A model generated the notes under the pieces. It was not told where the DNA came from, searched no databases, and saw nothing but the letters and a program-made list of their open reading frames with translations. A stretch of 53,369 nucleotides of DNA. Origin: an uncultured bacterium. GTDB taxonomy: Bacteria > CAYUVA01. Location of the stretch: the NCBI GenBank assembly GCA_964448115.1, contig CAYUVA010000033.1, forward strand, positions 1 through 53,369, given 5' to 3'. Shown in pieces: positions 1 through 9,005 of this stretch. Each line of letters opens with the position of its first letter. Within the stretch, counting starts at the first letter, position 1. Position numbers and translations under genes: made by a program.

Positions 1-463
1 TCCGGTCCATATTCGCCGCTGAACAGGCATCCATTGTAGTCATACTGGGTGCTGGCACCCTCAAGCGTGTCTTTTAGGCTATCTCCGCATTCGATTATCG
101 CTGGATCGTTGCAGCGCGGTGTGGGAGTAGCGGTTAGAACAGGTGTCGGTGTAACATCAGGAGGCCAGCAATACATCGAAAGGTTGAAGTCCCCCTCATC
201 TAGGTAATACATGGACTCGGCAACTAGATAGTAAGAACCGGCATCGAGATTCACTATCCAGTTAGCCGGCCAGTCGAAGCAGGCTGCAATACACGATTCG
301 GGATCAAAGCAATCTTGAATAATAAAAAGATGCAAAAAACGAGAGCTGATATTCTCTGTAATGACCTGTACATTCCTCTGCTCGGTGAGGGTGAAAGAAT
401 AGACGCGCTCCGGTCCATATTCGCCGCTGAACAGGCATCCATTGTAGTCATACTGGGTGCTGG
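1..463. repeat. 55 bp exact direct repeat (1-55 and 409-463) inside the PPC-repeat gene
   Basis: tccggtccatattcgccgctgaacaggcatccattgtagtcatactgggtgctgg occurs twice, offset 408 bp (136 codons, in frame). Confidence 0.9.
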
Positions 464-1775
464 AGCCGGTCAGAGTATCCTTTAAGCTATCCCCGCATTC
501 GATTGGTAAGGGATCATTGCATCTTCGAGCTAAGGGAATACACTGCATGAAAAGGCTGTAATCGATCTCGGTAAGCTCTGAGGAACCATCCACCATGAGG
601 AAATATTCCCCAGAATCGAGTGGCACGGTCAAATCCTGGTATCCATAAGATTCGCTCCAGGCTATGCAGGTGTTAAGGTCGCTGCAATCGGAGTAAAGAT
701 ACAGGTATGTGGGTATAGTCGGCTCCGGGAAAAGCAAGAAACGAACATCGAGAAGCTGCGGCACATGCACCCGATAAACCTTCTCCCCGCTGAATGCTGC
801 ATGATATCCGCAGTTGTGATAATCATGGTATGATGAGCCTCGCAGGGTGTCGATCACGAAGTCCTCGCAGTATAAATCAGTCGGCATAAGGCATGGATCG
901 CTCGGCGTTTGGCACTGCACCGATAGCGAAAAGTACCCGATATGGGTCTCGAACCAGCCATCGACCAGCAGGTAGTACTCCCCCGCCTCCAGGTGGGTGG
1001 TGTGATCGATCATTCCCCCGGTTACGACTGCCGAGGCCACGCAACTGTTATGATCCGCACAGTCTGTAAGCACAAATAGATTCAAGGAGATATCATCAAT
1101 AGGATCCAACTGGAGGCGAACATCGTAATCGTCATCAAGCACCAGCCGGTATGCCTTCTCGGGTCCACGAAAGGTGGTCGGGTAGCAGTTGTAGGTATTG
1201 TAATACGAACGCTCTGCGGTTTGCCCTATGACCGTTTCTCCGCAGGTGATACCGGTAATATTATCGCATGGATTGCTCTCCTCAAGGCACCTCGTGCTAA
1301 GCGTGTAGTCTCCATTGTCATCAGCACTGGCACCATCCACTAGAACATAGTAGGTGCCGGGTCCGAATATGACGATCATCCTCTCGTCGCCATCGCCGTC
1401 GGCTGCTGCTGCACAGGTCTCCCAGGACTCGCACTCCAATAGAAAGAACAGGTCAAGATCCTTATCCTCAAGCGAATGCAGCTCGAAGAGCATCCAGGTC
1501 TCCTGTGTAAAGGAGACTTGATAAGCGTTCTCGGGTCCATAGCTTTGCTTACCAGAGCATGGATACCAGTTGTAGTATGACTGCCCGCTTAGCGAGCCTT
1601 GATGCTGTTCATCGCAACCGAGCGGTACAATAGAGCTGCACGGATTTTCTTTAGAGAGCGAGCTTAGGTTAGGTAAGTCAATGTTTCTAAGGTCTATGAT
1701 CTTGATATTTTGACCATATACTGGACTGAGCGAAAGTATAAAACTTACTAATAAGGCAATAGGCAGGTATTTCAT
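1..1775 (-). CDS. Secreted protein with tandem Cys-rich PPC-like (pre-peptidase C-terminal) beta-sandwich repeats; 3' end runs off the window
   Basis: Not in the ORF track because there is no stop in the window. Manual translation from ATG at 1775 (RBS GAGGA) gives signal peptide MKYLPIALLVSFILSLSPVYG, then at least 4 full ~115-135 aa repeats (C..I.CG...Y..C...GPE..Y...C....C...G.YYL.VDG...C), a PT linker (PPDVTPTPVLTATPTP) and the start of a fifth repeat. The frame is open for 591 codons. Confidence 0.8.
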   Translation of the reverse strand, partial: MKYLPIALLVSFILSLSPVYGQNIKIIDLRNIDLPNLSSLSKENPCSSIVPLGCDEQHQGSLSGQSYYNWYPCSGKQSYGPENAYQVSFTQETWMLFELHSLEDKDLDLFFLLECESWETCAAAADGDGDERMIVIFGPGTYYVLVDGASADDNGDYTLSTRCLEESNPCDNITGITCGETVIGQTAERSYYNTYNCYPTTFRGPEKAYRLVLDDDYDVRLQLDPIDDISLNLFVLTDCADHNSCVASAVVTGGMIDHTTHLEAGEYYLLVDGWFETHIGYFSLSVQCQTPSDPCLMPTDLYCEDFVIDTLRGSSYHDYHNCGYHAAFSGEKVYRVHVPQLLDVRFLLFPEPTIPTYLYLYSDCSDLNTCIAWSESYGYQDLTVPLDSGEYFLMVDGSSELTEIDYSLFMQCIPLARRCNDPLPIECGDSLKDTLTGSSTQYDYNGCLFSGEYGPERVYSFTLTEQRNVQVITENISSRFLHLFIIQDCFDPESCIAACFDWPANWIVNLDAGSYYLVAESMYYLDEGDFNLSMYCWPPDVTPTPVLTATPTPRCNDPAIIECGDSLKDTLEGASTQYDYNGCLFSGEYGP

Positions 1776-1830
1776 TTCGTTTTCCTCATCCACCTAACAA
1801 AGGTTCAACTTATTAGTATAATGCAAGATG

Positions 1831-1859
1831 ATATTAATTCAATTAATCATCAATGTCAA
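1831..1859 (-). promoter_or_regulatory. Putative sigma70 promoter for the PPC-repeat gene
   Basis: Minus strand TTGACA-17 bp-TAATAT. Confidence 0.5.
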
Positions 1860-1912
1860 TAAGAAGTTAGCGCAACCAAGATTATTTTCAAGGTCAACTG
1901 TAAATCAAACAA

Positions 1913-1941
1913 TTGAAACCATAGAAACTATATATTATAAT
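1913..1941 (+). promoter_or_regulatory. Putative sigma70 promoter for CDS 1995
   Basis: TTGAAA-17 bp-TATAAT, with RBS GAGGTG before ATG 1995. Confidence 0.55.
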
Positions 1942-1994
1942 TTCTCTCATGTTGTGAGTTTAATTTACCTTAGTTTGGTTGTAGAGGTGAAACG

Positions 1995-4541
1995 ATGAAA
2001 CGGAAAGCATACCTGGCTCTTTTGGCGATTATCATAGTCGCTCTTGGCGTGCAAACAGCTAATGCCGGCTGGAAGACCGCGCTGTCCATACCCTCGGATG
2101 ACATGTTCATGGATGTCGATGCGGTCAGCGAAGAAGTGGCTTACTGCGTTGGAATGACCGATACCCCTCCTGCACAGGGCGCTTGCATCTTCGGCACAAA
2201 AAACGGCAAGGACTGGAATATGCTCCCCTTTACCGAGATGTCCTTTTTCTTCGGTGGGGTGAGCTTTATCAATGCCAATGTCGGCTGGTGCGCCGGCATG
2301 GGCTTCCCCACCATGGGACCTATCATGTACAAGACCATCAATGGCGGGCAGACCTTCACGCCACAGGCCATGCCCTTCGTCTTCGGCGCAGCCATCTTGG
2401 GGCTTGAGTTCGCTGATGGTTTCAACGGCTGGGCTTGCGGAGACGGCGGAAGCATTTTTCACACCAATAACGGCGGGGCAAGCTGGGCGCAACAAAACAG
2501 CGGCGTCCCCTCCGAGTATCGCGTGGTCGGACTCAGCTTCCTCAATGCACAGCAGGGCTTTGCCTGTGGAGGCTCATTCACCAGCGAGGGCAAATCCCCG
2601 TATCCAGCGCCTTACGATAACCTCCTCGCCGAGAAGGAGGTCTATGGCGGATTTGTGCTAAAGACTACTAACGGCGGGCAGACCTGGACATACCTAGCTA
2701 AGGAACTCCCCTACTACTTCATGAACTGCTTCTTCTTGGACAGTCAGAATGGCTGGGTGGTCGGAGACACCAACGGCGCGGGGAATGTTTATCACACTAA
2801 CGATGGCGGGCAGACCTGGGAGACGCAGACCCTCCCCCCGCACCCAAATGGCGACTACTGGATCTATGATGTGCACTTTTTTAACGAGAACGAGGGCTGG
2901 GGTGTCGGCGGAGGCGTAATAGCTGGCACAAATGTACCCTTCTCGGCTATCATAAAGACAGTCAATGGCGGAGAGACCTGGACTCTGGACAACAGTTGGA
3001 GCGGCGACCACACGCTCATGGCCTGCGACTTTGCCACCCCCAACAAGGGATGGGCTTGCGGAACCGAGCTGACCCTGATCGTCTATGAGGGAAGCGAGGA
3101 GCCTGGGGACAGGGAGCCTCCATACATCGAGAACCGCCAGCCTGCCGATGGAGCAACCGATGTGCCCCGCAACACGGACATAAGCCTCGATGTAAAGGAT
3201 AACAAGCGAGGGGTCAACTCGGGCACCATTGTCATGACCGTGCAGGGGGAAACCGTGCAGCCGACCTTGACACAGGTAGCCAATGGATACCGCGTTGTAT
3301 ATGACCCCGCTGACGATTTCGCTTATGATGAGGTGGTGGAGGTTACCTTTATCGCCTGTGATATGGCTATCCCACCCAACTGCATGGAGACAGAGGTTTA
3401 CCACTTCACCATCGAGTCCGATCCCGGCACCCCTGACACCGCGCCTCCATACATAGCCTCCATATCTCCATCCCATGGACAGACCGATGTTCCGGTTGAT
3501 ACAGACATCGTTATCCGACTCAAAGACGATGACTCCGGCTTGAACCTGGTAACGCTTGAGGTTACTGTCGGCGGAGTCGCCTATAACTACGATTCTGCGG
3601 GCGTTAACATAAGTGGCACCGCCAACGATAGTACAATAACCATCGATCCAACCAGTGATCTACCTGCCGGCTCCGCAGTCGAGATCACGGTCTATGTCTG
3701 CGATCAGGCAGCCTCACCAAACTGCCTCGATGTTACAGGCATACTTTTCAACACCGAAACTCAGGCTGGACCCACCCCGACTCCGACTCCGCAGGATAAG
3801 GATGCTCCCCAGATTATGCTAGGTGGATACGAGCTAGTTCAAAACAGCGACCAAACCCTGCAGGTAACCATGAGGGCTTATGTGCCCGATGATGATGTCC
3901 AAAGCGTCGAGATTTATCTAAACGGACAGCCGAGCGGGATTCAACTGCTCGACAACGGCTTCATGAACGACTACGCAGCCGGCGATGGGATTTATGGCTT
4001 CTATGTGCCCAGCCTGCAGAAGCACCTGGTCGAAAGCGCGGTGCTGCTGGAACTGGTGGCAACCGATGCTGCTGGCAATCGAAGCCTGACCTGGCCTTAT
4101 CTCACCTGCCTTGCGCAGAGTGCCACTGCTTATGGGTATGATGGCTATAAGGCCGATGCTGGATGGGAGCTTGCCAGACTGCTTGCCATGCATGGACAAG
4201 ATATTCCCAGGAGAAAAGGCGCTGGCGACCCGCAGATACTCTTTGCCGGCTACTGGGATACGCAGCTCAGCTATGACCGTGGCGGAAGGCTGACCATACT
4301 CGCTTATGTGCAGGCTGCTGCTGGAGTCAAGAGCGTTGAGCTTTATTATCTCGGAGCACCAAGCGGAATTAAGCTCAAGGATGATGGCATCAGCGGCGAT
4401 TTCACGGCTGGAGATGGAGTTTATGGTTACACACTGAGTTTCGCGCCCTTCGAGCTTCCCTCGTTTGTGCTATTGCTGGAGATAGTCGCCGAGGATAATG
4501 CCGGCAATCGCAGCGTTCTGTGGCCTTACCTGAGGTGGTAG
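1995..4541 (+). CDS. Secreted YCF48/BNR-like beta-propeller protein with two Ig-like (Big_5-like) domains, a PT linker and two C-terminal WPYL modules
   Basis: Signal peptide. Repeated 'F.....GW.CG..G.I..T.NGG.TW' motifs. Two 'PPYI....P..G.TDVP..TDI' domains. PTPTPTP linker. Two ...GDG.YG...GNRS..WPYL domains. Confidence 0.8.
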   Translation: MKRKAYLALLAIIIVALGVQTANAGWKTALSIPSDDMFMDVDAVSEEVAYCVGMTDTPPAQGACIFGTKNGKDWNMLPFTEMSFFFGGVSFINANVGWCAGMGFPTMGPIMYKTINGGQTFTPQAMPFVFGAAILGLEFADGFNGWACGDGGSIFHTNNGGASWAQQNSGVPSEYRVVGLSFLNAQQGFACGGSFTSEGKSPYPAPYDNLLAEKEVYGGFVLKTTNGGQTWTYLAKELPYYFMNCFFLDSQNGWVVGDTNGAGNVYHTNDGGQTWETQTLPPHPNGDYWIYDVHFFNENEGWGVGGGVIAGTNVPFSAIIKTVNGGETWTLDNSWSGDHTLMACDFATPNKGWACGTELTLIVYEGSEEPGDREPPYIENRQPADGATDVPRNTDISLDVKDNKRGVNSGTIVMTVQGETVQPTLTQVANGYRVVYDPADDFAYDEVVEVTFIACDMAIPPNCMETEVYHFTIESDPGTPDTAPPYIASISPSHGQTDVPVDTDIVIRLKDDDSGLNLVTLEVTVGGVAYNYDSAGVNISGTANDSTITIDPTSDLPAGSAVEITVYVCDQAASPNCLDVTGILFNTETQAGPTPTPTPQDKDAPQIMLGGYELVQNSDQTLQVTMRAYVPDDDVQSVEIYLNGQPSGIQLLDNGFMNDYAAGDGIYGFYVPSLQKHLVESAVLLELVATDAAGNRSLTWPYLTCLAQSATAYGYDGYKADAGWELARLLAMHGQDIPRRKGAGDPQILFAGYWDTQLSYDRGGRLTILAYVQAAAGVKSVELYYLGAPSGIKLKDDGISGDFTAGDGVYGYTLSFAPFELPSFVLLLEIVAEDNAGNRSVLWPYLRW

Positions 4542-4633
4542 AAGGTTTAGATGGATAGAGCTTGGGGGAGGGGCATTCCTGCTCCCTCTCCCTCTGGAGT
4601 CTGTCTCAAAAAGCGAAACAAGCCCCCCCACCA

Positions 4634-4756
4634 TGTCATTCCGACCGAGCTTGTTCCGATTTATTCGGAACAAGCGAGTGGAGGAATCTACTTAAATCCA
4701 ATGCCTTGAATAGATCCCTCGACTCGCTCGCATACGCTCACTCGCTTGGGATGACA
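4634..4756. repeat. REP/MITE-like nested palindromic element
   Basis: Outer inverted repeat tgtcattccga...ttgggatgaca. Inner gaggaatcta/tagatccctc. Perfect hairpin cttgttccga-tttat-tcggaacaag. Confidence 0.7.
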
Positions 4757-4858
4757 GGGTGGTGGTGTGTCATGACTTCCATAGAAATCAAGACTCCGCA
4801 CGGGATGACAGGCTGGAAACATCCCAACTTCCTGAGAAAGTAACAGAGTGATGCGGTT

Positions 4859-4880
4859 ACTGGTTCAGCGCTGAACCAGT
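4859..4880. repeat. 22 bp perfect palindrome
   Basis: actggttcagc|gctgaaccagt. Confidence 0.8.
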
Positions 4881-4904
4881 TAACTTTGCATCGCCATCCT
4901 CTCT

Positions 4905-4928
4905 TCACGGTATCACGGTATCACGGTA
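4905..4928. repeat. Tandem repeat (tcacggta)x3
   Basis: Direct reading. Confidence 0.8.
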
Positions 4929-4938
4929 CCACTTTCCT

Positions 4939-4953
4939 CTTTGTGCCTTGGTG
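4939..4953. repeat. Left copy of a 15 bp inverted repeat flanking the Kelch gene
   Basis: ctttgtgccttggtg is the reverse complement of caccaaggcacaaag at 7811-7825. Confidence 0.7.
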
Positions 4954-4993
4954 GTTTAAAAACCCTCAAGCATCAAGCCTAAAGTCTATTACA

Positions 4994-5022
4994 TTGACAG
5001 GGATGAAATAATAAAATATCAT
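4994..5022 (+). promoter_or_regulatory. Putative sigma70 promoter for the Kelch-repeat gene
   Basis: TTGACA-17 bp-TATCAT. Confidence 0.6.
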
Positions 5023-5076
5023 CCAATCCAGGAATTAAAAATGAACACTAGTCCTTATGTTTTTGGGAGGTTAAAA

Positions 5077-7779
5077 ATGAACCTTAATAGGGTAACGCCA
5101 CTTCTAATCGTCCTTATTATCATAAGCATAAGCTCCATAATATCCCCTGCAACCGCCGGCGATAAAGCAAAACAGGAGATGGTCTGGGAATACATCGGCG
5201 CCTGCCCGAGCGCCCGAGGTAGTCATGCCATGGCTTACGATTCCGATCGCGGCAAGGTGGTGCTATTCGGGGGAGTTGAAAACGACACCTGGGAGTATGA
5301 TGGAATCATCTGGGAGGAAATAAACACAACCAGTGCTCCGAGTGAACGACGTAATCATGCCATGGTTTATGATTCCACTCGTGGCAAGGTGGTGCTATTC
5401 GGAGGATGGGATGGATTATCTTATATCAATGACACTTGGGAGTATGATGGAAGCGATTGGATCGATATTAACACAACCAACGCACCGAGCGCACGTTATA
5501 CTCATGCCATAGTTTACGATTCCGCTCGTGGCAAGGTGGTGCTATTCGGTGGATATGATGGATCATACCGAAACGACACCTGGGAATATGATGGAGATGA
5601 TTGGGTAGAGATAAGCACAACCAACGCACCGAGCGCACGTTATGATCATGCCATGGATTATGATTCCACTCGCAACAAGGTTGTACTATTTGGGGGATGG
5701 GATGGATCATCTTACTTTAATGACACTTGGGAGTATGATGGAAGCGACTGGGAGGAGATAAACACAACTAATGCACCGAGCGCACGATCTCATCATGCCA
5801 TGGCTTATGATTCCGCGCGTAACAAGGTTGTGCTATTCGGGGGATATAATGGCTCATCAAACTTAAACGACACCTGGGAGTATAATGGAAGCGATTGGGA
5901 ATATATAACCACTGCGATCGCACCAAGCGCACGAGATGATCATGCCATGGATTATGATTCCGCTCGTGGCAAGGTGGTGCTATTCGGGGGATTAGATGGA
6001 GTTGACGAATTAGACGACACCTGGGAGTATGATGGAAGCGACTGGGAGCAGATAATCACGGCAATCGCACCGAGCGCCCGCATACAGAATAATATTGCTT
6101 TCGATTCTTCTCGTAACAAGATTGTGCTATTTGGTGGAACAAGTTTATCTGATACAAGGTTAAACGACACTTGGGAATATAATGGAACTTATTGGGAAAA
6201 TATATCTACAGAAAATGCACCAGAGGAAAGATATGGTCAGGCGATTACTTATAATGCTGTCCATGGTAAAGTTGTATTATTTGGAGGAGTAACAGATAAT
6301 CGGTTAAACGATACTTGGGAATATGATGGTATAGATTGGGAAAAAATAAACACCCAAAACGCGCCAAGTGCTCGTCAATATCATAAGATAGCTTACGATT
6401 CGGACCGTGGCAAGGTGGTGCTATTCGGGGGATGGGATGGGTCATGTAAAAACGACACTTGGGAGTATGATGGAAGCAATTGGGTGCAGATAAGCACTAC
6501 AAGCGCGCCGAGTGCACGATGGAGTCATGCCATGGTTTATAATTCTGTCCAAGAAAAAGTAGTTTTATTCGGTGGAAGGGATGGAGAGAATTATTTTAAT
6601 GATATTTGGGAATATAATAGTGTTGACTGGGCGCTAGTAAGCACTTCAACTGAACCGGATGCTCGCGTTAATCATTCTATGGCTTATGATTCCATCCGTG
6701 ACAGAGTAATCCTATTTGGCGGGTGCGATGAAAGTAATTACTTTAATGATACATGGGAGTATGATGGCGCTAACTGGGAACAATTAATCCTGGCAATCCA
6801 ACCGAGTGAACGCAGATTTCATGCAATGGCTTATGATTCCGCTCGAGGCAAGGTGATGTTATTCGGAGGAGGAAATGAAAACGATTATTTCAACGACACT
6901 TGGGAGTATTATGAATTGTCTCCTACGCCGACTACAACTCCTACTAGTACGCAAACATTAACACCAACAAAAACCAATACCCCTACAGCAACCAGGACAC
7001 CGACCTCGACTGCAACTACCATGCCGACATTCACTCCAAGACCCACTTTCACATCAACGCCGACACCCACCCCGCAGCCATACCCCTATAACCGCATTTT
7101 AGTTGCCGGGTATTGGGATACTTATGTAGATAGAATATTAGATAGCGTTGTATTCATGAAAGCTTTACCAGGCGCGCTGGATGGATATTATATTATTGGC
7201 GTTGAGCTATGCTACCTTCACGGTGATTCAGCCATTCCATTGGGTATAGCTCTCGAATACAAACCGCCTTGGCATGAATTGTCATTCACAATTAATAAGT
7301 ACTCAGTTCCACCTGGCTCGTATCCCTTTGGTTTGGTGGCGCATTATCTACCGCCAAAGGACAGCGAGCTTTGGCCTTATCTTGTCGTTGAGCCTGGACC
7401 ACCGACACTGACACCGACAGCAACTCCCACGCCCACCGATACACCGACCGGTATGCCCACCTTAACACCGACACCGTCTGGTACGCCCACCGCCACGCCG
7501 ACCGAGACGCCTATCCCGCCGGTGGCGTGCTTTACGATTGATCAAGATTGGCATGTACCAGATGATCCCTTCAAGTGCGATGCCTCTTGCTCCGAAGGGG
7601 CGACCGAGCTTGAGTACTGGTGGGACTGGGACGATGGAACTGGCTATCACCAGGGCAGCGACTACGAGGAGCATGCCTATACTTGGGACGATCTTGGTTA
7701 TCACGATATCACGCTTAAGGTTATCGATCTTTATGATCAGGAGGATACATATTCCATCAGGATAGAGGTTGTGGAGTGA
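5077..7779 (+). CDS. Secreted Kelch/galactose-oxidase-type repeat protein (12 repeats), with PT linkers, a WPYL module and a C-terminal PKD domain
   Basis: Twelve 'PSAR..HAM.YDS.R.KVVLFGG....NDTWEYDG..W' repeats. The PKD-like end reads 'F.CDAS.S...YWWDWDDG...H.Y...G...ITLKV.D'. Start moved from 5041 to 5077 because of RBS GGGAGG and the signal peptide. Confidence 0.85.
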   Translation: MNLNRVTPLLIVLIIISISSIISPATAGDKAKQEMVWEYIGACPSARGSHAMAYDSDRGKVVLFGGVENDTWEYDGIIWEEINTTSAPSERRNHAMVYDSTRGKVVLFGGWDGLSYINDTWEYDGSDWIDINTTNAPSARYTHAIVYDSARGKVVLFGGYDGSYRNDTWEYDGDDWVEISTTNAPSARYDHAMDYDSTRNKVVLFGGWDGSSYFNDTWEYDGSDWEEINTTNAPSARSHHAMAYDSARNKVVLFGGYNGSSNLNDTWEYNGSDWEYITTAIAPSARDDHAMDYDSARGKVVLFGGLDGVDELDDTWEYDGSDWEQIITAIAPSARIQNNIAFDSSRNKIVLFGGTSLSDTRLNDTWEYNGTYWENISTENAPEERYGQAITYNAVHGKVVLFGGVTDNRLNDTWEYDGIDWEKINTQNAPSARQYHKIAYDSDRGKVVLFGGWDGSCKNDTWEYDGSNWVQISTTSAPSARWSHAMVYNSVQEKVVLFGGRDGENYFNDIWEYNSVDWALVSTSTEPDARVNHSMAYDSIRDRVILFGGCDESNYFNDTWEYDGANWEQLILAIQPSERRFHAMAYDSARGKVMLFGGGNENDYFNDTWEYYELSPTPTTTPTSTQTLTPTKTNTPTATRTPTSTATTMPTFTPRPTFTSTPTPTPQPYPYNRILVAGYWDTYVDRILDSVVFMKALPGALDGYYIIGVELCYLHGDSAIPLGIALEYKPPWHELSFTINKYSVPPGSYPFGLVAHYLPPKDSELWPYLVVEPGPPTLTPTATPTPTDTPTGMPTLTPTPSGTPTATPTETPIPPVACFTIDQDWHVPDDPFKCDASCSEGATELEYWWDWDDGTGYHQGSDYEEHAYTWDDLGYHDITLKVIDLYDQEDTYSIRIEVVE

Positions 7780-7799
7780 GGCGTTAGGCTTGGTTATTG

Positions 7800-7825
7800 A
7801 ACCACTAAGGCACCAAGGCACAAAG
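7800..7825. repeat. Right copy of the inverted repeat (aaccactaaggcaccaaggcacaaag)
   Basis: Contains the exact reverse complement of 4939-4953 and an internal aaggcac tandem. Confidence 0.7.
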
Positions 7826-7874
7826 AAGAAAGGAATGTTGTCGGTTAAGACGCTAAGGCGAAAATAAAGCAAGG

Positions 7875-8594
7875 ATGAAGAAGGCACGCAATACCACGGT
7901 CTTAAGGTGTCTCATCGCTGTTATGTGTATATCCGTCTGTGGGTGTGTGCATAGAGGCGAGATCAGGCAACTTGCTGAGGTTGCCGGCGAGCGTATATAT
8001 ATCGAGGGAGTTCCCTTTTTCGAGCAGGTGGGAGCGACCTGCGGGGCATCGGCTCTGGCATCGGTGATGAATTACTATGATTACAACATTAGCGCGGAAG
8101 TGATAGCTGAGCAGCTCTACAATCCCCGCAAAAAGGGAATTCTTACCATGGACCTGCTCGTATTCGCACACCAACACGGCTTCAAGTCGAGCGTCTTTCA
8201 GGGCAGCCTCGACAAGATAGAGCAGTACCTTCGACAGGGTAAGCCGCTTATAATACTGCTCAAGCTGACCGATATACCCGAATCCCCGATTAGATTGTTT
8301 TCGCTCCAGGACGAGTATCATTTTATCGTAGTTACCGGCATTTTCCCCGATGATGGAGCGCTCATTTGCCACAGTGGAAAGGGTCAAGACATCGTTGTTC
8401 CTCGGTCGGTCTATTATAAGCCTTGGGCAGCGACCGACCTCGCAATATTCTTGGTTTTTCCTGAGGTGGAAGAAGACCTTTTAATGATCCAGACATTGTT
8501 AGAACAAGGGAACTTCTCGGACAATTTGAGACAGATGTTTCGGGATCAGTCAGATTTTACCTTCACGCTCTTAGTCTCGAAGACCAGCAAATAA
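7875..8594 (+). CDS. C39-like cysteine peptidase, probable lipoprotein
   Basis: 'GVPFFEQ...TCGASALASVMNY' (Q/C) and 'HFIVVTG' (His). Lipobox-like VCGC. Confidence 0.75.
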   Translation: MKKARNTTVLRCLIAVMCISVCGCVHRGEIRQLAEVAGERIYIEGVPFFEQVGATCGASALASVMNYYDYNISAEVIAEQLYNPRKKGILTMDLLVFAHQHGFKSSVFQGSLDKIEQYLRQGKPLIILLKLTDIPESPIRLFSLQDEYHFIVVTGIFPDDGALICHSGKGQDIVVPRSVYYKPWAATDLAIFLVFPEVEEDLLMIQTLLEQGNFSDNLRQMFRDQSDFTFTLLVSKTSK

Positions 8595-8980
8595 GGAACC
8601 GCTGGGCGATTGTCCCTGTCCCTGAAGGCGTTGAACTTCTGCGAGTTAATCCAGATCACATAAGCCTTGCCCGGCTCCAGTCTCACCGGCAATACGCAGG
8701 TGCGCTTGTCATCGAGATACTTTACCTTGCCATTGATTTCAGGGAAGGTCTGGTCATCTAATTTAACCCAAGACCACATGTTCTCGGTCAGCATATCCTT
8801 GCTGAAGGTCACCTTTATCTCGCTAAGTGAAGGATCGACCTCGGTATCGCCGGAGACAGGTAGCGTCTTCACTACTACCGGTGGCATGGTCTCCACAGAG
8901 ACATTCTGTTTGACAAAAAGAGCGTAAAGCGAGCCGGCTACCAACACTAAAGGAATAATAAACGCAAACAACTTATTCAT
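8546..8980 (-). CDS. Membrane-anchored or secreted Ig-like (Big_5-like) domain protein
   Basis: N-terminal hydrophobic helix, then 'PPVVVKTLPVSGDTEVDP...IKVTFSKDM...LEPGK.Y'. Start set at MNKLF after RBS AAGGAGG. Confidence 0.65.
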   Translation of the reverse strand: MNKLFAFIIPLVLVAGSLYALFVKQNVSVETMPPVVVKTLPVSGDTEVDPSLSEIKVTFSKDMLTENMWSWVKLDDQTFPEINGKVKYLDDKRTCVLPVRLEPGKAYVIWINSQKFNAFRDRDNRPAVPYLLVFETKSVKVKSD

Positions 8981-9005
8981 GCTTGAACCTCCTTTTAATT
9001 CAGGT

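Noticed and set aside
254-451. 65 aa minus-strand ORF
   Set aside because: It is an alternative frame nested within the long 1-1775 coding sequence.
4562-4843. 93 aa ORF
   Set aside because: It overlies palindromic repeat elements, starts with TTG without a clear RBS, and has no protein-like features.
5190-6915. Regularly spaced ~147 bp DNA repeats as a CRISPR array
   Set aside because: The repeats are in frame in a protein-coding gene, the unit is too long, there are no unique spacers, and no cas genes are present.
8546-8594. Convergent 3' overlaps (C39/Ig gene; also btuF/GH1 at 52277-52323) as antisense regulation
   Set aside because: Short tail overlaps are common and most simply reflect stop-codon drift.
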